Positions 11,743 to 24,529 of a DNA stretch of 64,000 bases are shown piece after piece (the stretch's first letter is position 1; every line of letters starts with the position of its first letter). The notes below the pieces were generated by a model. That model made no database searches. It was not told the DNA's origin and saw only the letters and a list, made by a program, of their open reading frames with translations. This stretch comes from Octopus sinensis (taxonomy: Eukaryota): positions 50,468,001 through 50,532,000 of the forward strand of contig NC_042999.1 of the NCBI RefSeq assembly GCF_006345805.1, given 5' to 3'. The position numbers were made by a program, and so were the translations under genes.

Positions 11743-13390
11743 AGTTCAGCAAAAATGTAGATTCAAATGAATATGGTACTTAAGTTAGATGCACCAGAAT
11801 TTTGTATGGTGTTATCCATAAAAATCCATGGGGTGATTATAATCAAAATAAGCAACAAGAATGACTCCGGTAATTTGGTATGATCGTTTTGTACTACATC
11901 ATTTTATTAAATGTTGTAAAATGTTGTAAATGTTACAACATCTAATAAAATGATGTAGCACGAAACAATCGTACCAAATTACCGGAGTCATTCTTGTTGC
12001 TTATTTTGAGTATATATATATATATACACATACACACAGATACATAAACACACACAAACATGACAAGCTTCCCTCAGTTTCCATCTACAAAATTGTTCAC
12101 AAGTTTTTAGTCAGCTAGAAGTCATAGAAGTTACTTGCCCAAGGCTCCACATAGTGAGACTGAACCCAGAGTCATATGGTTGGGAAGCAAACTTCTTACC
12201 ACACAGCCATACATGCATCCACAAACACACACACACACACGCACAAATAAACACACACACACACACATTCATTTATTTTTTATTTGTTTCAGTCATTTGA
12301 CGGCAGCCATTCCTGAGCACCACCTTTAGTCAAACAAATAGACCTCAGGACTTATTCTTTGTAAGCCTAGTATTTATTCTATCGATCTCTTTTTGCTGAA
12401 CCACTAAGTTAAAGGGACAGAAACACACCAAAATCAGTTGTCAAGCGATGGTGGTGAGGACAAACACAGATACACAAATAAATACATACATATATATGGT
12501 GATTGGTGGTTGTCTACTCCTTATGCAGAATTTGACCACCTCCTGATGGCATCTGATGTGGCTTTTTATACCAGACAATCTTTTGAAAAGACACCCACAT
12601 AGATTGCATATTCGATTTGGACCACCAAGAGCTGCAGATAAGTTCTGATCTTTGTGGATCTTAAAATGTCTTTTGAGACCTCCCCTTATATATATGACAG
12701 GTTTCTTTCAGTTTCTGTCTATCAAATCTACTCACAAAGCTTTAGTCGGCCAGAGACTATAGTAGAAGACACTTGTCCAAGGGTCCATGCAGTGAGACTG
12801 AACCCAGAACCATGTGGTTGGGAAGCAAGCTTCTTTCATTCATTATAATGGCCATAAAGGCCTTACATAGAAGGAAAGCTACGAGCTGGACATAAACATA
12901 CTGTTATGAAATGACAAATGAAAATGATGATAAATGAGGTCAACAAGCAGTGCCCACTGATTGCTGCTTACCCGAGAACATTGATCTTTTATATTTCATT
13001 CAGAAGGCAACAAGCCTCTTACATTTTTCACAATTCAATAACAAAAATGAGGCACTAAGCCTCTTACCTTTATTTTGAACTTCCATGCCCCGCCAAGCTC
13101 CTCACCTCATTAAAGCACCTGGACGATGCCAAGTCAGGCCACTTTAACATAAATCTAAAAGTGTCCTTGGGGAAGGAATTCATCACCCTACACAAATCAG
13201 TCTCCCATATGACCTCCGCAGCCACCTACGAAGGCCAGTCAGGGTCCTCAGTGCAGGATAGAATCCCTACCCTCCGGCCTTTCTTTTTAAACTGCTTAAT
13301 GAAGCGTTCCAACTACCCTCCCTTATGGAAGAGGATCACAAACTCCTCTTACTACACAGCCACCCCTATATACATACATACATATATATA

Positions 13391-13900
13391 CCGTAAATCT
13401 CGAGTATAGTCCGCCCTTGAGTATAATACGCAGAGGATTTTTAGGGGGCTGTACCTCTGAAAAACTTAAACCTTGTGTATAATACGCACCCCTTCTCTAA
13501 CTTGAGTCAAAGAGGTCTATATAACGTCCGTGGTTTGTAAAAATGTATACACTAACGTCCTTTATTATTATTATTGTATATATAACATAATGCAAACGTG
13601 TAGCATTTTTGTACCTTTTGTTTGCAGAAAATAAAGAAATAACAGTAATAACGTTTAATAAATGTTGCTCACTGCAAGTTATGGATGATTCTTTTATAAC
13701 TTCATTGCTTTCAGGCTTAGCTTAGGGTATTTTCGTGCCCAACATCACAAAATGTGTCTGAATACACATAGCCAGACAGCAAATAGAGACTCAGATACTG
13801 CTTAGAAAATAATTTTAATTTTTAACCTCGAATATAGTATGCACTAGAGATTTTGACCTTAAATTTTGGGGGAAAAATACGGATTATACTCAAGGATTTG
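13391..13900. mobile_element. Tc1/pogo-type MITE
   Basis: Left end TA|ccgtaaatctcgagtatagtccgc; right end acggattatactcaaggattt is its imperfect reverse complement. Confidence 0.65.
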
Positions 13901-14070
13901 CTACTACTGGTATTTCGGCCACTGGTCATTTTCATACTAATAGCTAATGAATCTAGTCAGCACACAAGACAGCCATTATGCTCCCCACCACAAAATACCA
14001 CCACGTGGACTCTATTGAGACTAGTAAGAAACAATTATGAACTTTTTTATTATACTTAACTTTTAAAAAT

Positions 14071-14118
14071 ATTTTTGATAAGGTTCGTTCTTTCAAGAAG
14101 AACCGAAACATGTAAAAT
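14071..14118 (+). ncRNA. Relic type I hammerhead, core UUGAUAA
   Basis: Stem I ATTT/AAAT; stem II GGTTC/GAACC plus TTCT/AGAA; GAAAC-AT-GT-A with palindromic stem III ACATGT. Confidence 0.6.
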
Positions 14119-15734
14119 CTCTAAGAAAATTAAAATTCATCTTATATAGTGGCATTTTCAAACTTCTTTTTTATAAATATATATACACATATATAAGACA
14201 GGCTTTGTAGAATTTCCTCGAAGTATTGGTCACCACAGAACAAAGGTGCCATAGGCTAGAACTGAACCTGAAACCATGTGACTGCAAAGCAGACAATTTA
14301 ATCACACAGCAATGCATGCACCTATTTATCACATAGAATTATGATGCAATGTTTAGATTTAATAAAAAGAGAAAATGTTAGATGTGCCAGAGCTTTATTT
14401 TTCTATAATTTATTATTTACCATAAAACATAACATGGTCAGGCAAGAGATTGCCAAAATGGTTAAAAGCACTTTCTACAACTCTGAAATTCAGTTTTTTT
14501 TTTGTTTGTTTTTTATATATAATACATTATCTGCTCTATGAAAAAAAAAATGACAGAATTTAAACTTTACAGTTCAAAGATGAAAGCCTAAAAAGCCATC
14601 GTTCTTCAGCAATCTATTAAATAAGTAATAGATTTAGAACTAAAAACCTCCTTCAGATGCATAGTAGCAGGCTTGAAATAAAAAGTACCATCAAAAAGTT
14701 GCAAAGAATTATAAGTCATCTTGCAGAAATATGACAGGAAAAAGAATGATCTATAAAACAAGACATTATTAACTACAATGTAGGTTCTTTGACTGAAGCA
14801 GTTACTTCATAGAATCTACCAATCATGTGAATGCTCTCAGCTTGCAGCGTTGCGATGAAGTGGGATTCTTTCAATATAGCAGTTTCATTTCAACTAGTCA
14901 ATAGCTAACCTCCAGTCTATTTAGTGATCTTATTAGGGTTTAAAATTACACAATCTGTAACTGAATTTAATTACATTAAACCAAGTTCCCTATACTGTAA
15001 TGCCATCATCTTCAAATGAGCAAATTTCGTTTGGAACCAGGTACGTAATAATTTTGTACTAAATTCCTTAGGAGAGCATAATATTTATATGCTTGAAAAT
15101 GACCAACTTAAAATCCATTCACAGCTGAGTAGACTAACGCAATGAGAAATGAAGTGCTTTGGTGAAGGACACAAAGTACTTACCATTCCATGAATTATTT
15201 ACAATAATTTTTTTCTATCACTTGGTCAAAGAGAGAAGGACAGCACTAACAGCCCTTTTCAGGACCTCTAGTAAGAGAAACAGAAGTGACCTTCCAACAG
15301 GAGATTTTACCCACATGGTTGCAACTGAGAAAACTCACTTAAGGGCAATCAAGTCCAGCTGGTTGTGTTAAATTGGATGATGGATTATGTAAATCATCCA
15401 TGAACAGGAAACAGGTTTCCACAGTCTCCATCCATCAAATTTGACTCACATGAGGGTTATGGTAGAAGGTGTTGCACAAGAGAACAAAACATGAAACAAC
15501 ATAAGTTTGCTTTATATATTTGTAGAGCAAACTTCTTACCACACTACTATAATTATGCCCTGTCTTAACTCTATAGCTATTTAAGTAGTTCAAATTTATA
15601 GAAAACAAAATACAAAGACAGATGAAGGAACAACAAGCAGGTATATTAGTTTGATGTTTGGGAAGAATGGAAAAGTACTTGACATTTCGAGCCTACATTT
15701 TTTAACAGAAAACACTGACAAGAATTCAAAGCAG

Positions 15735-15960
15735 CAAGCTGGCAGAAATGTTAGCACGGTGGGCGAAATGCTTTGCGGTATTTCATCTGCCATTACATTC
15801 TGAGTTCAAATTCCACCGAGGTCAACTTTGCCTTTCATCCTTCGAGTTTGATAAATTAAGTACCAGTTATGCACTGGGGTCAATGTAATCGACTTAATAC
15901 CTTTGTCTGTCCTTGTTTGTCCCCTCTATGTTTAGCCTCTTGTGGGCAATAAAGAAATAA
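15735..15960 (+). mobile_element. SINE family C
   Basis: Matches 11028-11257. Confidence 0.85.
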
Positions 15961-16101
15961 GAAAAGTCTGAGAAGAAAAAAAGGAAAGAGAACAAAAAAA
16001 TAAACAAGAGAGAAAAAATGTGTAGGGATTAACAATTATTTAAGGACTCATTCTTAACAACATGGTCATACTTGTACCCTTCTTTAATTATATGGCTATA
16101 C

Positions 16102-16285
16102 CTGTGTTCAATTTTAGCTTCACAGCAATGCCTCCACCCATTTAGAACCACCCATTTATATCTATACCCATTCTTAACTTCACAGCTACATCTGCATTCA
16201 TTCTGAACCACACTGTCCATTTTCATGCATACAGCCACATCTACAGCAATTTTTACCAGTTCTTCATACATATATCGTAAAATAC
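16102..16285 (-). CDS. Candidate exon of an unidentified host gene
   Basis: 184 nt, ttctag|...CACAG|gtatag, open frame ILRYMYEELVKIAVDVAVCMKMD...; phase-compatible with 16764-16857. No recognisable domain. Confidence 0.25.
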
Positions 16286-16326
16286 CTAGAATTATAATAG
16301 ATTTCAGCTAATTATTAAAAATTTTG

Positions 16327-16583
16327 TGAAGTATATTTGCCACTTAAATGTGGCTAACCCCTAAGGGTGGATGCTACTGTAGCTTGTAGCCACAGGAGGA
16401 CACCTCCTCCAGCTGGCTATTGACACACTTTCTGTGCCCTATCTTAGGGCTACAAACTACAAGTACGATAGGGCACAGAAAGTTTGTCAATAGCCAGCTG
16501 GAGGAGGTGTCCTCCTGGGGCTACAAGCTATAGTAGCATCCGCCCTTAGGAGTTAGCCACATTTAAGTGGCAAAAATACTTCA
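16327..16583. mobile_element. Foldback element/MITE, 117-bp arms with 23-bp spacer
   Basis: 16327-16443 is the near-perfect reverse complement of 16467-16583. Confidence 0.8.
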
Positions 16584-16763
16584 TGATGTCGTGAAGCTAC
16601 TGTTTATACCTCACCCAGAGATTTATTATTGCTTATTAAAAATTTGTTCATCAGTTATGAAAGGGTTGATACCCCATATTGTAAGAGAATCTTTAAAATG
16701 TTACAATATCTTCGGCATTTGATACAATCTGCAGCAAGTCAATACTTCATTAAATCAGCTCAC

Positions 16764-16857
16764 ATTTTACATCCAGCAAGAGATATATGATGCACACTCT
16801 AATACAGTGATGAACGTTCTGAACATGTATCCTATTGCAGTCAATTTGTTGCTGCTC
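16764..16857 (-). CDS. Candidate exon of an unidentified host gene
   Basis: 94 nt, catcatcttcag|GAG...AAAAT|gtgag, open frame EQQQIDCNRIHVQNVHHCIRVCIIYLLLDVK. Confidence 0.25.
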
Positions 16858-17039
16858 CTGAAGATGATGTATAACAGAATAATTTTAAAATTTTCTAAAA
16901 AGTAAAAAGTACTTCATACTAAAGTAAAAAGTAGTTGTTTTAGTGCAGATTTTTCTTATATATTATGTCTAGCATATTTATCTTTTTATTTATCATTTCA
17001 CTATGCTGGACTACTGAAATCTACAAGTGGTTTTCATTC

Positions 17040-17190
17040 TCTCTGTTCATTTTCTCTTATTCCTTTCTTCTGAAGAGCATAGGCACCAAACATAGACATT
17101 TTTATTTTCCCAAGCTTCAAACTAATATATTTGCTTGTTGTTCATACATTTGTCTTCGTCTTTTGTTTTTCCATAAATTTCAACAATATA
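17040..17190 (+). mobile_element. Decayed PLE 3' terminal fragment, same family as 43560-43821
   Basis: tgaagagcataggc..aaac and ctaata..ttgcttgttgttcatac..gtcttcgtcttttgttttt match the PLE end. Confidence 0.6.
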
Positions 17191-17730
17191 TATATATAAA
17201 TATATAAATTTAAGATCCAAGGCTCGAGGTGTGGGAAGAAGGTTAGCTTCAAGCAAACGATAGACAATATAAAACACAACTTTCAGGAGCAATAGTGTTT
17301 TATTGAGGTGGAAGGTTGTGGATTTTTTTATATCAAAGTATGGTATATGTATGTAATCTTTGTAGTACATATACACATTTAGCTTATCTCTCCATAGACT
17401 TAAAATATAATGAATGACTTTAATTGATTTTCAAACCAGACTCACAACAGTGGTGTTTACATCAATTTGACCAATATCAGAGAAAGAGTCAGCCAATATG
17501 TTTATATACTCAGCAATTCCAGGAGCTACAGAGAACAGGAACTACTAATTTGCATATTGTGTTAACACTTTTTATTTAATGTCAGGAGCCTGCCAGTAGG
17601 GATCTCAGTCCACACAGTATCAAGGTAATGTATAGTATATATAACCAGTACAGTTAATTTAGGTGTTTTCCTGTAGATTGTAAAAAGGATGAATGGCTTT
17701 AATCAATATATATATATATATATATATATA

Positions 17731-17862
17731 TAAGAATTTTTTGTGCAATAAGATAAAAAAAAACAAAGGCTGTGTAGATATTAGACCATTTATAGATATC
17801 TATTTATCTATAAATATCTACACAGCTTTGGTTTTTTTATCTTATTACACAAAAAATTCTTA
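17731..17862. repeat. Inverted repeat (~55-bp arms) next to (TA)n
   Basis: taagaattttttgtgcaataagat..gctgtgtagatatt pairs with aatatctacacagc..cttattacacaaaaaattctta. Confidence 0.75.
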
Positions 17863-18021
17863 TGTACTCACGCTGACATAGAACCAACGTTGAACCCCTT
17901 ATTCGCAAAATTACTGAATCTGGAACTTAACTATGGTCTGTCTATAGCACTTATTCAGCATTACCTGACACCTTTGGGTCTCAATGACACCATTATCTCT
18001 CATATATATATATATATATAT

Positions 18022-18207
18022 GGAGTAAGCAGAGCAAGAGCACACACAAGGATGAAAGGTGTTACTGAAGAGGTCAGAGATGTGTGATGAAAGATTTCCA
18101 GACATCGGACATGAGTTAAAATAAGAACAGTAATAAATGAGTGAAGAATTAATATATAGTGTGCATGTTTATTTTGGAAAAAAAAAAAAAAATGACCATC
18201 CCAAAAT

Positions 18208-18214
<7 letters not shown>
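18022..18214 (+). mobile_element. Diverged copy of the 11290-11618 family with relic HHR (CUGAAGA at 18065-18071, GAAA at 18089-18092)
   Basis: CTGAAGAGGTCA..GTGTGATGAAAGA aligns to CTGATGAGGTCA..GTGTGACGAAAGA; shares the atgacca..aaatacaacaata end; (TA)n on both sides. Confidence 0.55.
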
Positions 18215-18240
<26 letters not shown>

Positions 18241-18242
<2 letters not shown>

Positions 18243-18594
18243 GGAAATGAAGAAAATGCTGACAAAATAATTTAAGTAAGGTAGAGTGTATTTAATTAGG
18301 TGAAAGTTCTTTTTACCGGTTGCGCATTTGTTATGCTTATCAAAAGATATTTTTTTAAGAGAGATAGAGTTCCTTTCTGATAGATTTTTTTCTCTTATCA
18401 TATTTTTCTCTCAGATTTACATGTTTATTGAAGCAGATAAGAGAAAAAAATCTATCAGAAAGGAACTCTATCTCTCTTAAAAAAATATCTTTTGATAAGC
18501 ATAACAAATGCGCAACCGGTAAAAAGAACTTTCACCTAATTAAATACAACCTACCTTACTCAAATTATTTTGTCACCATTTTCTTCATTTCCTT
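18241..18594. repeat. Foldback, 159-bp arms with 36-bp spacer
   Basis: 18241-18399 is the reverse complement of 18436-18594; the ORF track shows the same peptide on both strands. Confidence 0.9.
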
Positions 18595-18633
18595 TTTTTA
18601 TATATCACAACTCGTGTTCCACATCTCCTTTTT

Positions 18634-18680
<47 letters not shown>

Positions 18681-18683
<3 letters not shown>

Positions 18684-18894
18684 GGTGATGAAAAGTTCCT
18701 AGCTTTGGGTAAAGAAAATTCAGGAGGTTCAGTTAATTATGACTTCATCCCAACATATTTTTCTCTCAGATTTATATGTTTATTGAAGCAGTCCTTCAGT
18801 TTTTCTAAGCTCTGTAAAAGATCTTGGAATGTTGGGCCTCCAACCAGACCTATTATGATACCCTTAAAACCAGGAATTTTTCTACACCCCCTTG
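18681..18894. mobile_element. Mariner-type MITE
   Basis: TA-flanked; gaggg..gaaaagttcc and ggaatttt..cccccttg TIRs; homologous to 50825-51040. Confidence 0.75.
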
Positions 18895-19902
18895 TATATG
18901 CACATACACACATACATACATATATATTTAGTTTTCTGATGAAATAATCTTGATCTTGATTTGCTCCACCAAATCTCAACTGTTACAACACTGATGTAAC
19001 TGCATACATATATATGTTTACAGACATACTTATGTATGGGTGTGAGTGAGTGTATGTGTGAGCAAGCAAAGTGTGTGGTGGCTATGTGCATGTGAGTATT
19101 TTCTATGCTTTTGTATTCTTTAAAATATCATTATGAGAGAATGAACATAAAAAGTAGGAATTGAATAAAATATATATTTACAGTCTCTAGTCATAATGAA
19201 TAATTATAAGAGGAACTTTCCATAATTGGCAGAAAAAAAATGCAGATTATATAGCAATATCAAGCGATTCTTTCAGTAGGTCTTTCACATGATTAATTCC
19301 AATACAGTAATTTATATCTATATACAGTCAGTGGCCTCTAATAAAATATATAGACATACAAAGTGTACAAACCAATGAGAAAGCATCTAGAAATAAGAGT
19401 CAAATCTCCCCTAAACTGGCTGTAAAAAAGATGATGCAATGGATAACGTAGTCCAAGACAATCCTTGTTTGTAATCAAGATAGGATGGTCACAGCTGAAA
19501 TGCCTGTAATCATAGGTTTAGATGGTTAAGTTTGGCTTGGACCTAAAGAACAAGAGGAATAGAGGTACAAACCCGACAGTAGAGAGATTGCATGCCCAGA
19601 TTGTCATGCTCCACCCTATATATTTAATTCCTGTATGTCATGTCAGACTGCAAAGTATAGTTCTCTGCAAGGCAGCAGCATGGTATACCTACATTAACAA
19701 ACCCATGGGTCGGACGTTCTACAGGGGCTACAAAACAACAAAAATAACAACAACCAAATGTTGGGAAAAAAAAAAATTGAAGAAGCAAAAGGAAATGCTG
19801 TGAAATCTAATAGAAGAGATCAGGACTGAAACATTTTAAATCTCATAAATACAAGACTTTGGAAACATCTAAAGAATTCAGAAATAATCTTAGGTAGTAT
19901 TG

Positions 19903-20136
19903 TCGCAGGAGTGGCTGTGTGCTAAGTAGCTTGCTTACCAACCACATGGTTCCAGGTTCATTCCCACTGTGTGACACCTTGGGCAAGTGTCTTCTACTAT
20001 AGCCTCGGGCCAACCAAAGCCTTGTGAGTGGATTTGGTAGATGGAAACTGAAAGAAGCCCGTCGCATATATGTATATATATATTTTTTTTTTTTTCTTGT
20101 TTCAGCTAAGAGCTGCGGCCATGCTGATGCACCACC

Positions 20137-20175
<39 letters not shown>

Positions 20176-20722
20176 TGTTCGTCCTTCGGGTTCGAAGATG
20201 ACCACTGACATCATCTGGTGGAACTGCCGCTATGAGACCAGAGGTGGCTGGTGAGGCCAATCCGGGCAAGGAAGCCTCCCACAGGTGGGGCAGAAGTGGG
20301 TAGGGGCCGTGCTACTGGTGCAGGCGGCTCTGGCTTTCCGCATCTAGCGTTTCTGCTCTGCTGACCGAATCCGTCCCTTCCTCAGCTGTCTCTGCTCCTG
20401 TGGTAATTGCGCTGCGCCAGGATGAGCGGTCGGCAGCAAGTGTCTCCCAAGTCTCTGTGCCGATGGAGAAGTCTTTGAGAGAGACCTTGAGACTGTACTT
20501 ATATATATATATATGTATATGTGTGTATATGTTTGTACCCCCAACATCGCTTGACAACCGATGCTGGTGTGTTTACATCCCCATAACTTAGCGGTTCGGC
20601 AAAAAAGACTGATAGAATAAGTACTAGGCTTACAAAGAATAAGTCCTCGGGTCGATTTGCTCAGCTAAAGGCGGTGCTCCAGCATGGCCACAGTCAAATG
20701 GCTGAAACAATTAAAAGAGTAA
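19903..20722 (+). mobile_element. SINE family A split by nested insertions in its central microsatellite
   Basis: Head 19903-20075 and tail ~20525-20722. Confidence 0.85.
20173..20500 (-). mobile_element. RTE-clade LINE 3' fragment
   Basis: LKVSLKDFSI..WETLAADRSSWRSAI..G...CPTCGR..ARIGLTSHLWSH, the RTE ORF C-terminus with a CCHH knuckle; frameshifted. Confidence 0.85.
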
Positions 20723-22197
20723 CAGAAAAAGAATAGATTTCATCCATTGTTTGATCTAGTACCACTGCCTTGTCTTAAGTACTTTAGCAGAAACGTCTCT
20801 ATTATGGTTATGTAGTTCCAAAGTTTGCTTCACAAAACTATGGATTTTCAGATTTGATCCCATTGTGTGACATCTTGAGCTGGTGACTTCTACTATAGCA
20901 TTGGGTTGACCAATGCTTTCTGAGTGAAATTAGGTAGATGGAAACTGTATAGAAGTCTTTTGTGTATGTGCATGAGCATGTTTTTGAGTGCGTGTCTGTA
21001 TATGTTTGCTTGTATGTGTCTTGACCCTGTCACCACTTGGGTAGTGCTGTTGTTGTTTATGTCTTATATAAACAGAAAACTTGATATCTCAATGGTTCAA
21101 CATGCAAAGATGTGGAATAAAGCACTTTATTTGTAAACAAGTAATGGTTAGCATCGTGAATGGCATCTCGCTGTAGAACACTGTCACAAAAATCCCTTCT
21201 AACCCACGCCAACATTGGAACAAAACGAAATCACACATAAAAAACCCAAAAATAATGATGTTGACGCTGCTGCTAATGATAATGATGATGATAGTAGTAT
21301 ATGATTACGATGTAATGTTTGATTTCAGTAAATATTATGATGATTAAAAAATCAATATCACACATTTATTGGTTAATAATCAATTAACAGATACAGAGCT
21401 CAGCAAAATAGCATTTACTATAATGTAGATATCAGACTGTAAAATATTCACACCACAAGACAAAAATTATATGAAGCATGATAAACTGTGTCCAAAGTTC
21501 TTGTCATTATAACTGTAATGCTTAGATCATAATAAAGCAGTAGTACAAATATTGGATTCAAATTTTGGCACAGGGCCAGCAATTTCAAGGTGGGGGCCGA
21601 TTGATTACATCAACCCCAGTGTTCAACTGTACTTATTTTATCGATCCCAGAAAGCTAAAAGGCAAAGTCAACCATGACAGAATTTGAACTCAGAACATAA
21701 AGACAGGTGGAATGCTGCTAACAATTCAACCATCTCATTACCTTTATTACTTTGAATATTCCTTTCAAACTTTGATACAAGGCCAGCAACTTTGGGGTCG
21801 TGGTTTAATCAATTACATCGACCCCACTGCTCAACTGGTATTTATCTTATCAAGCCTGAAAGGGTGAAAGGTAAGATCAGCCTCAACAGAATTTGATCTC
21901 AGAATGTAAAGACAGACGAAATGTCACTAAACATTTTGCCTGGTATGCTTACAATTCTGCCAGCTTGCAGCCTTCTTTAGTACTATGAATATTAATAATA
22001 TTAGATACAGTGCCGACATGGCTGTGTACATATGGAGTTCACTTTGTAACCATGCAGTTTCAAATTCTAACTGCAAAATATCTTGGGCAAGTATCTTCTA
22101 TTGTAGGCTTGGCTCAACCAATACCTTGTGAATGGAATTAATAAATGGAAACTTGATAGAAGTGTACGTATGTATGTATGTATGTATGTATGTACAG

Positions 22198-22405
22198 TTA
22201 ATCCAAACATGAACAAAGAGAAAACACAGCAACGCAAGGACATAGAACAAGTTTAGTGTTATTGGACGCTCAAGAAAGGAAAGAAAGAAGGAGGATATAA
22301 CGTTTTGAGTGGAGCTCTTCATCAGAAACATAGAAAAAGGAAAGGTCCAAGGAAGGGAAAACGGAGAAAGAAAATCACCAACGATACACACGCGGTCACA
22401 TATTG
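22198..22405 (-). mobile_element. PLE-type terminal fragment with relic minimal HHR (22294-22332; G12A)
   Basis: Minus strand reads CUGAUGA A GAG-CUCCA-CUC AAAAC GUU; homologous to 26350-26560. Confidence 0.65.
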
Positions 22406-23770
22406 AAATGACCAGAAGGAAATGGATGAAGAAAAAGTTCTTTCAAAGACAGGAGAGTGCAAGAGAAGGAGGTATGCATGGGTATGTGTGTGCGCACAGG
22501 TCTGTGTGAGTGTATGTATGTTTGTTTTAAGTATGTATGTATGTATGTATCTATCTATCTATCTATCTATCTATGTATCTATGTATGGGTGTATTTGTGC
22601 ATGCATGTTACAAATGTTAAAATTCAATGTCTCTGTTTATCAACACCTGAGTGAAACAAACAGTGATGTGATATATTACTGAGGATATCAATGTCAATAG
22701 ATAACAAAGAAAAAAATAGGAACAAACAATACTTGATTTTAAATAAATAAGCTGAAATAATACAACCAGCCATCACTTGCAAGCAGATATGACACAGTTA
22801 CAGGATCATACTTTCAGTACTTGCTGTAGTTGCCCATGTTGACACTATTATGGATCCATCCACCATAGTATCCAGAATGTGACAACTAAATGGGAGAGAC
22901 CTGCACAAGCAGCCAGTAAGTAATCATTTACTGCTGAGCAGATTAGAAACAGATGATATGAAGTGCTTTGCTCAAGAACACAATATACCAACCAATCCAA
23001 GAATTGAATCTATAGCCTTAGGATCACGAGTTAAATATTTTAACCATTAGACCAAGCATTTTCACAGGCTGATGTAGTAAGAGTGCAATTACTACTATTC
23101 CCGCCACCCTTGAATTTTTTCTAAGTTCCTAATGTAAATGTTCGTGTATTCTTTTCGCCTGTCATTTTTGACATGTTATCCATTATTAATACTGTATTAT
23201 CATGTCATTCTATAACATATAATGCACATTAGCTGTAAAGTCAAGATATTGGATGACTGAGCACACACTCACGCAGTTATGACTCTAAACTTTACATCAA
23301 CAATGGCCAAGAAATATATCTTTACCTCCCACTGTCTGCTTGCCTGACAATGGTTCTCATTTCTAATATACAGTTTAGTTGTCACAAGTGGACAAGGATG
23401 CAACTAAAAATCAATAATCCCAAATATGCCACATTTTCAAAATGTGAAAAAAGAATTTTCTTCAACAAGGAAAATGGAAAAAAAAAAACAATATTTGAAA
23501 ATTCTATTTTTATGTTCTTTATATCCTACTCCAAACAAAAGCATAAATGTAGAATCATTTACAGTTTTGAATACACAGAAATTCTTGGAAATTCTTTCAT
23601 CCATCATATTTTCTCGTCAGCTTGTTTAACCAACTTCATGGAAAACTTGTTTCGATAGATGTGATCAATCACATTATATATATTCCAGGACAAAAATCAT
23701 GTCTTGAATCCCAGTTAAGGATTAAATATTGCATCTGTGTGAAAGAGATTGAATATCAATATCGTCTTAC

Positions 23771-23835
23771 CTTACTGCAATTCAAAGATAAAATAGGCTC
23801 TTACTTACCTGTAAAGAAAAGGAAAAGAAAATATA
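23771..23835 (-). promoter_or_regulatory. Recursive-splice-like site (polyY-AG|GTAAGT) with a 38-nt RS-exon-like segment
   Basis: Minus strand reads ttttcttttccttttctttacAG|GTAAGT (junction 23809/23808); second donor AAG|GTAAGA at 23771/23770. Confidence 0.5.
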
Positions 23836-24467
23836 TTATTATTTAATTTAATAATACGCAGATTCATTTTTCTATCCAAACATTTATTATATTCAAAATT
23901 CATATTGACATATTATACATTGTAGACCATATATATAATCCATTTATCTCAAATGTCCATCTTTTTTGCCTTCTTTTTGCCACTGAGAAGTTTTTAATGT
24001 AGATTAACACCAGTCTATACAGCAGAAATAATATTTAGAAGAACTCAAATTGAATGCAATCTATGCTAGAAATAAAAAGGTCCAGGAGAAAACAGAATAA
24101 CACAATTTTAACCCGGTCATCACACCAGATTTTTAAGATTTGCTTTTCGTTTGTTTGACCATTTAGTCTTCAGATTACTATATCAAATGTAATAAAGATT
24201 TACTAACATCGCTATAAATTTAATCATGCTTTATCACATTCTTTAAATAATTTGATGATGTAATAGTTTATTTTTAGAATGACATTATGGGGTGGATGGT
24301 AGACGACAGATCTGGTCACTTTGAACATAAAAAAGGTGGAATATTTGGATCAGTTGTGGCCATTTTAAATACCAAAGGGTTAAAGAAAAAAGTTTTAATT
24401 TATAAATTTAGCAGCTTCCTCTCTTACACACTCTCTCTTTCTCTCTTTCAATGTGTATGTGTATGTA

Positions 24468-24509
<42 letters not shown>

Positions 24510-24529
24510 AGGAGGAGATGGAAAGGAGA

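Noticed and set aside
14560-15130. Coding-looking sequence on both strands
   Set aside because: All frames are interrupted by stops, with no consistent splice pair.
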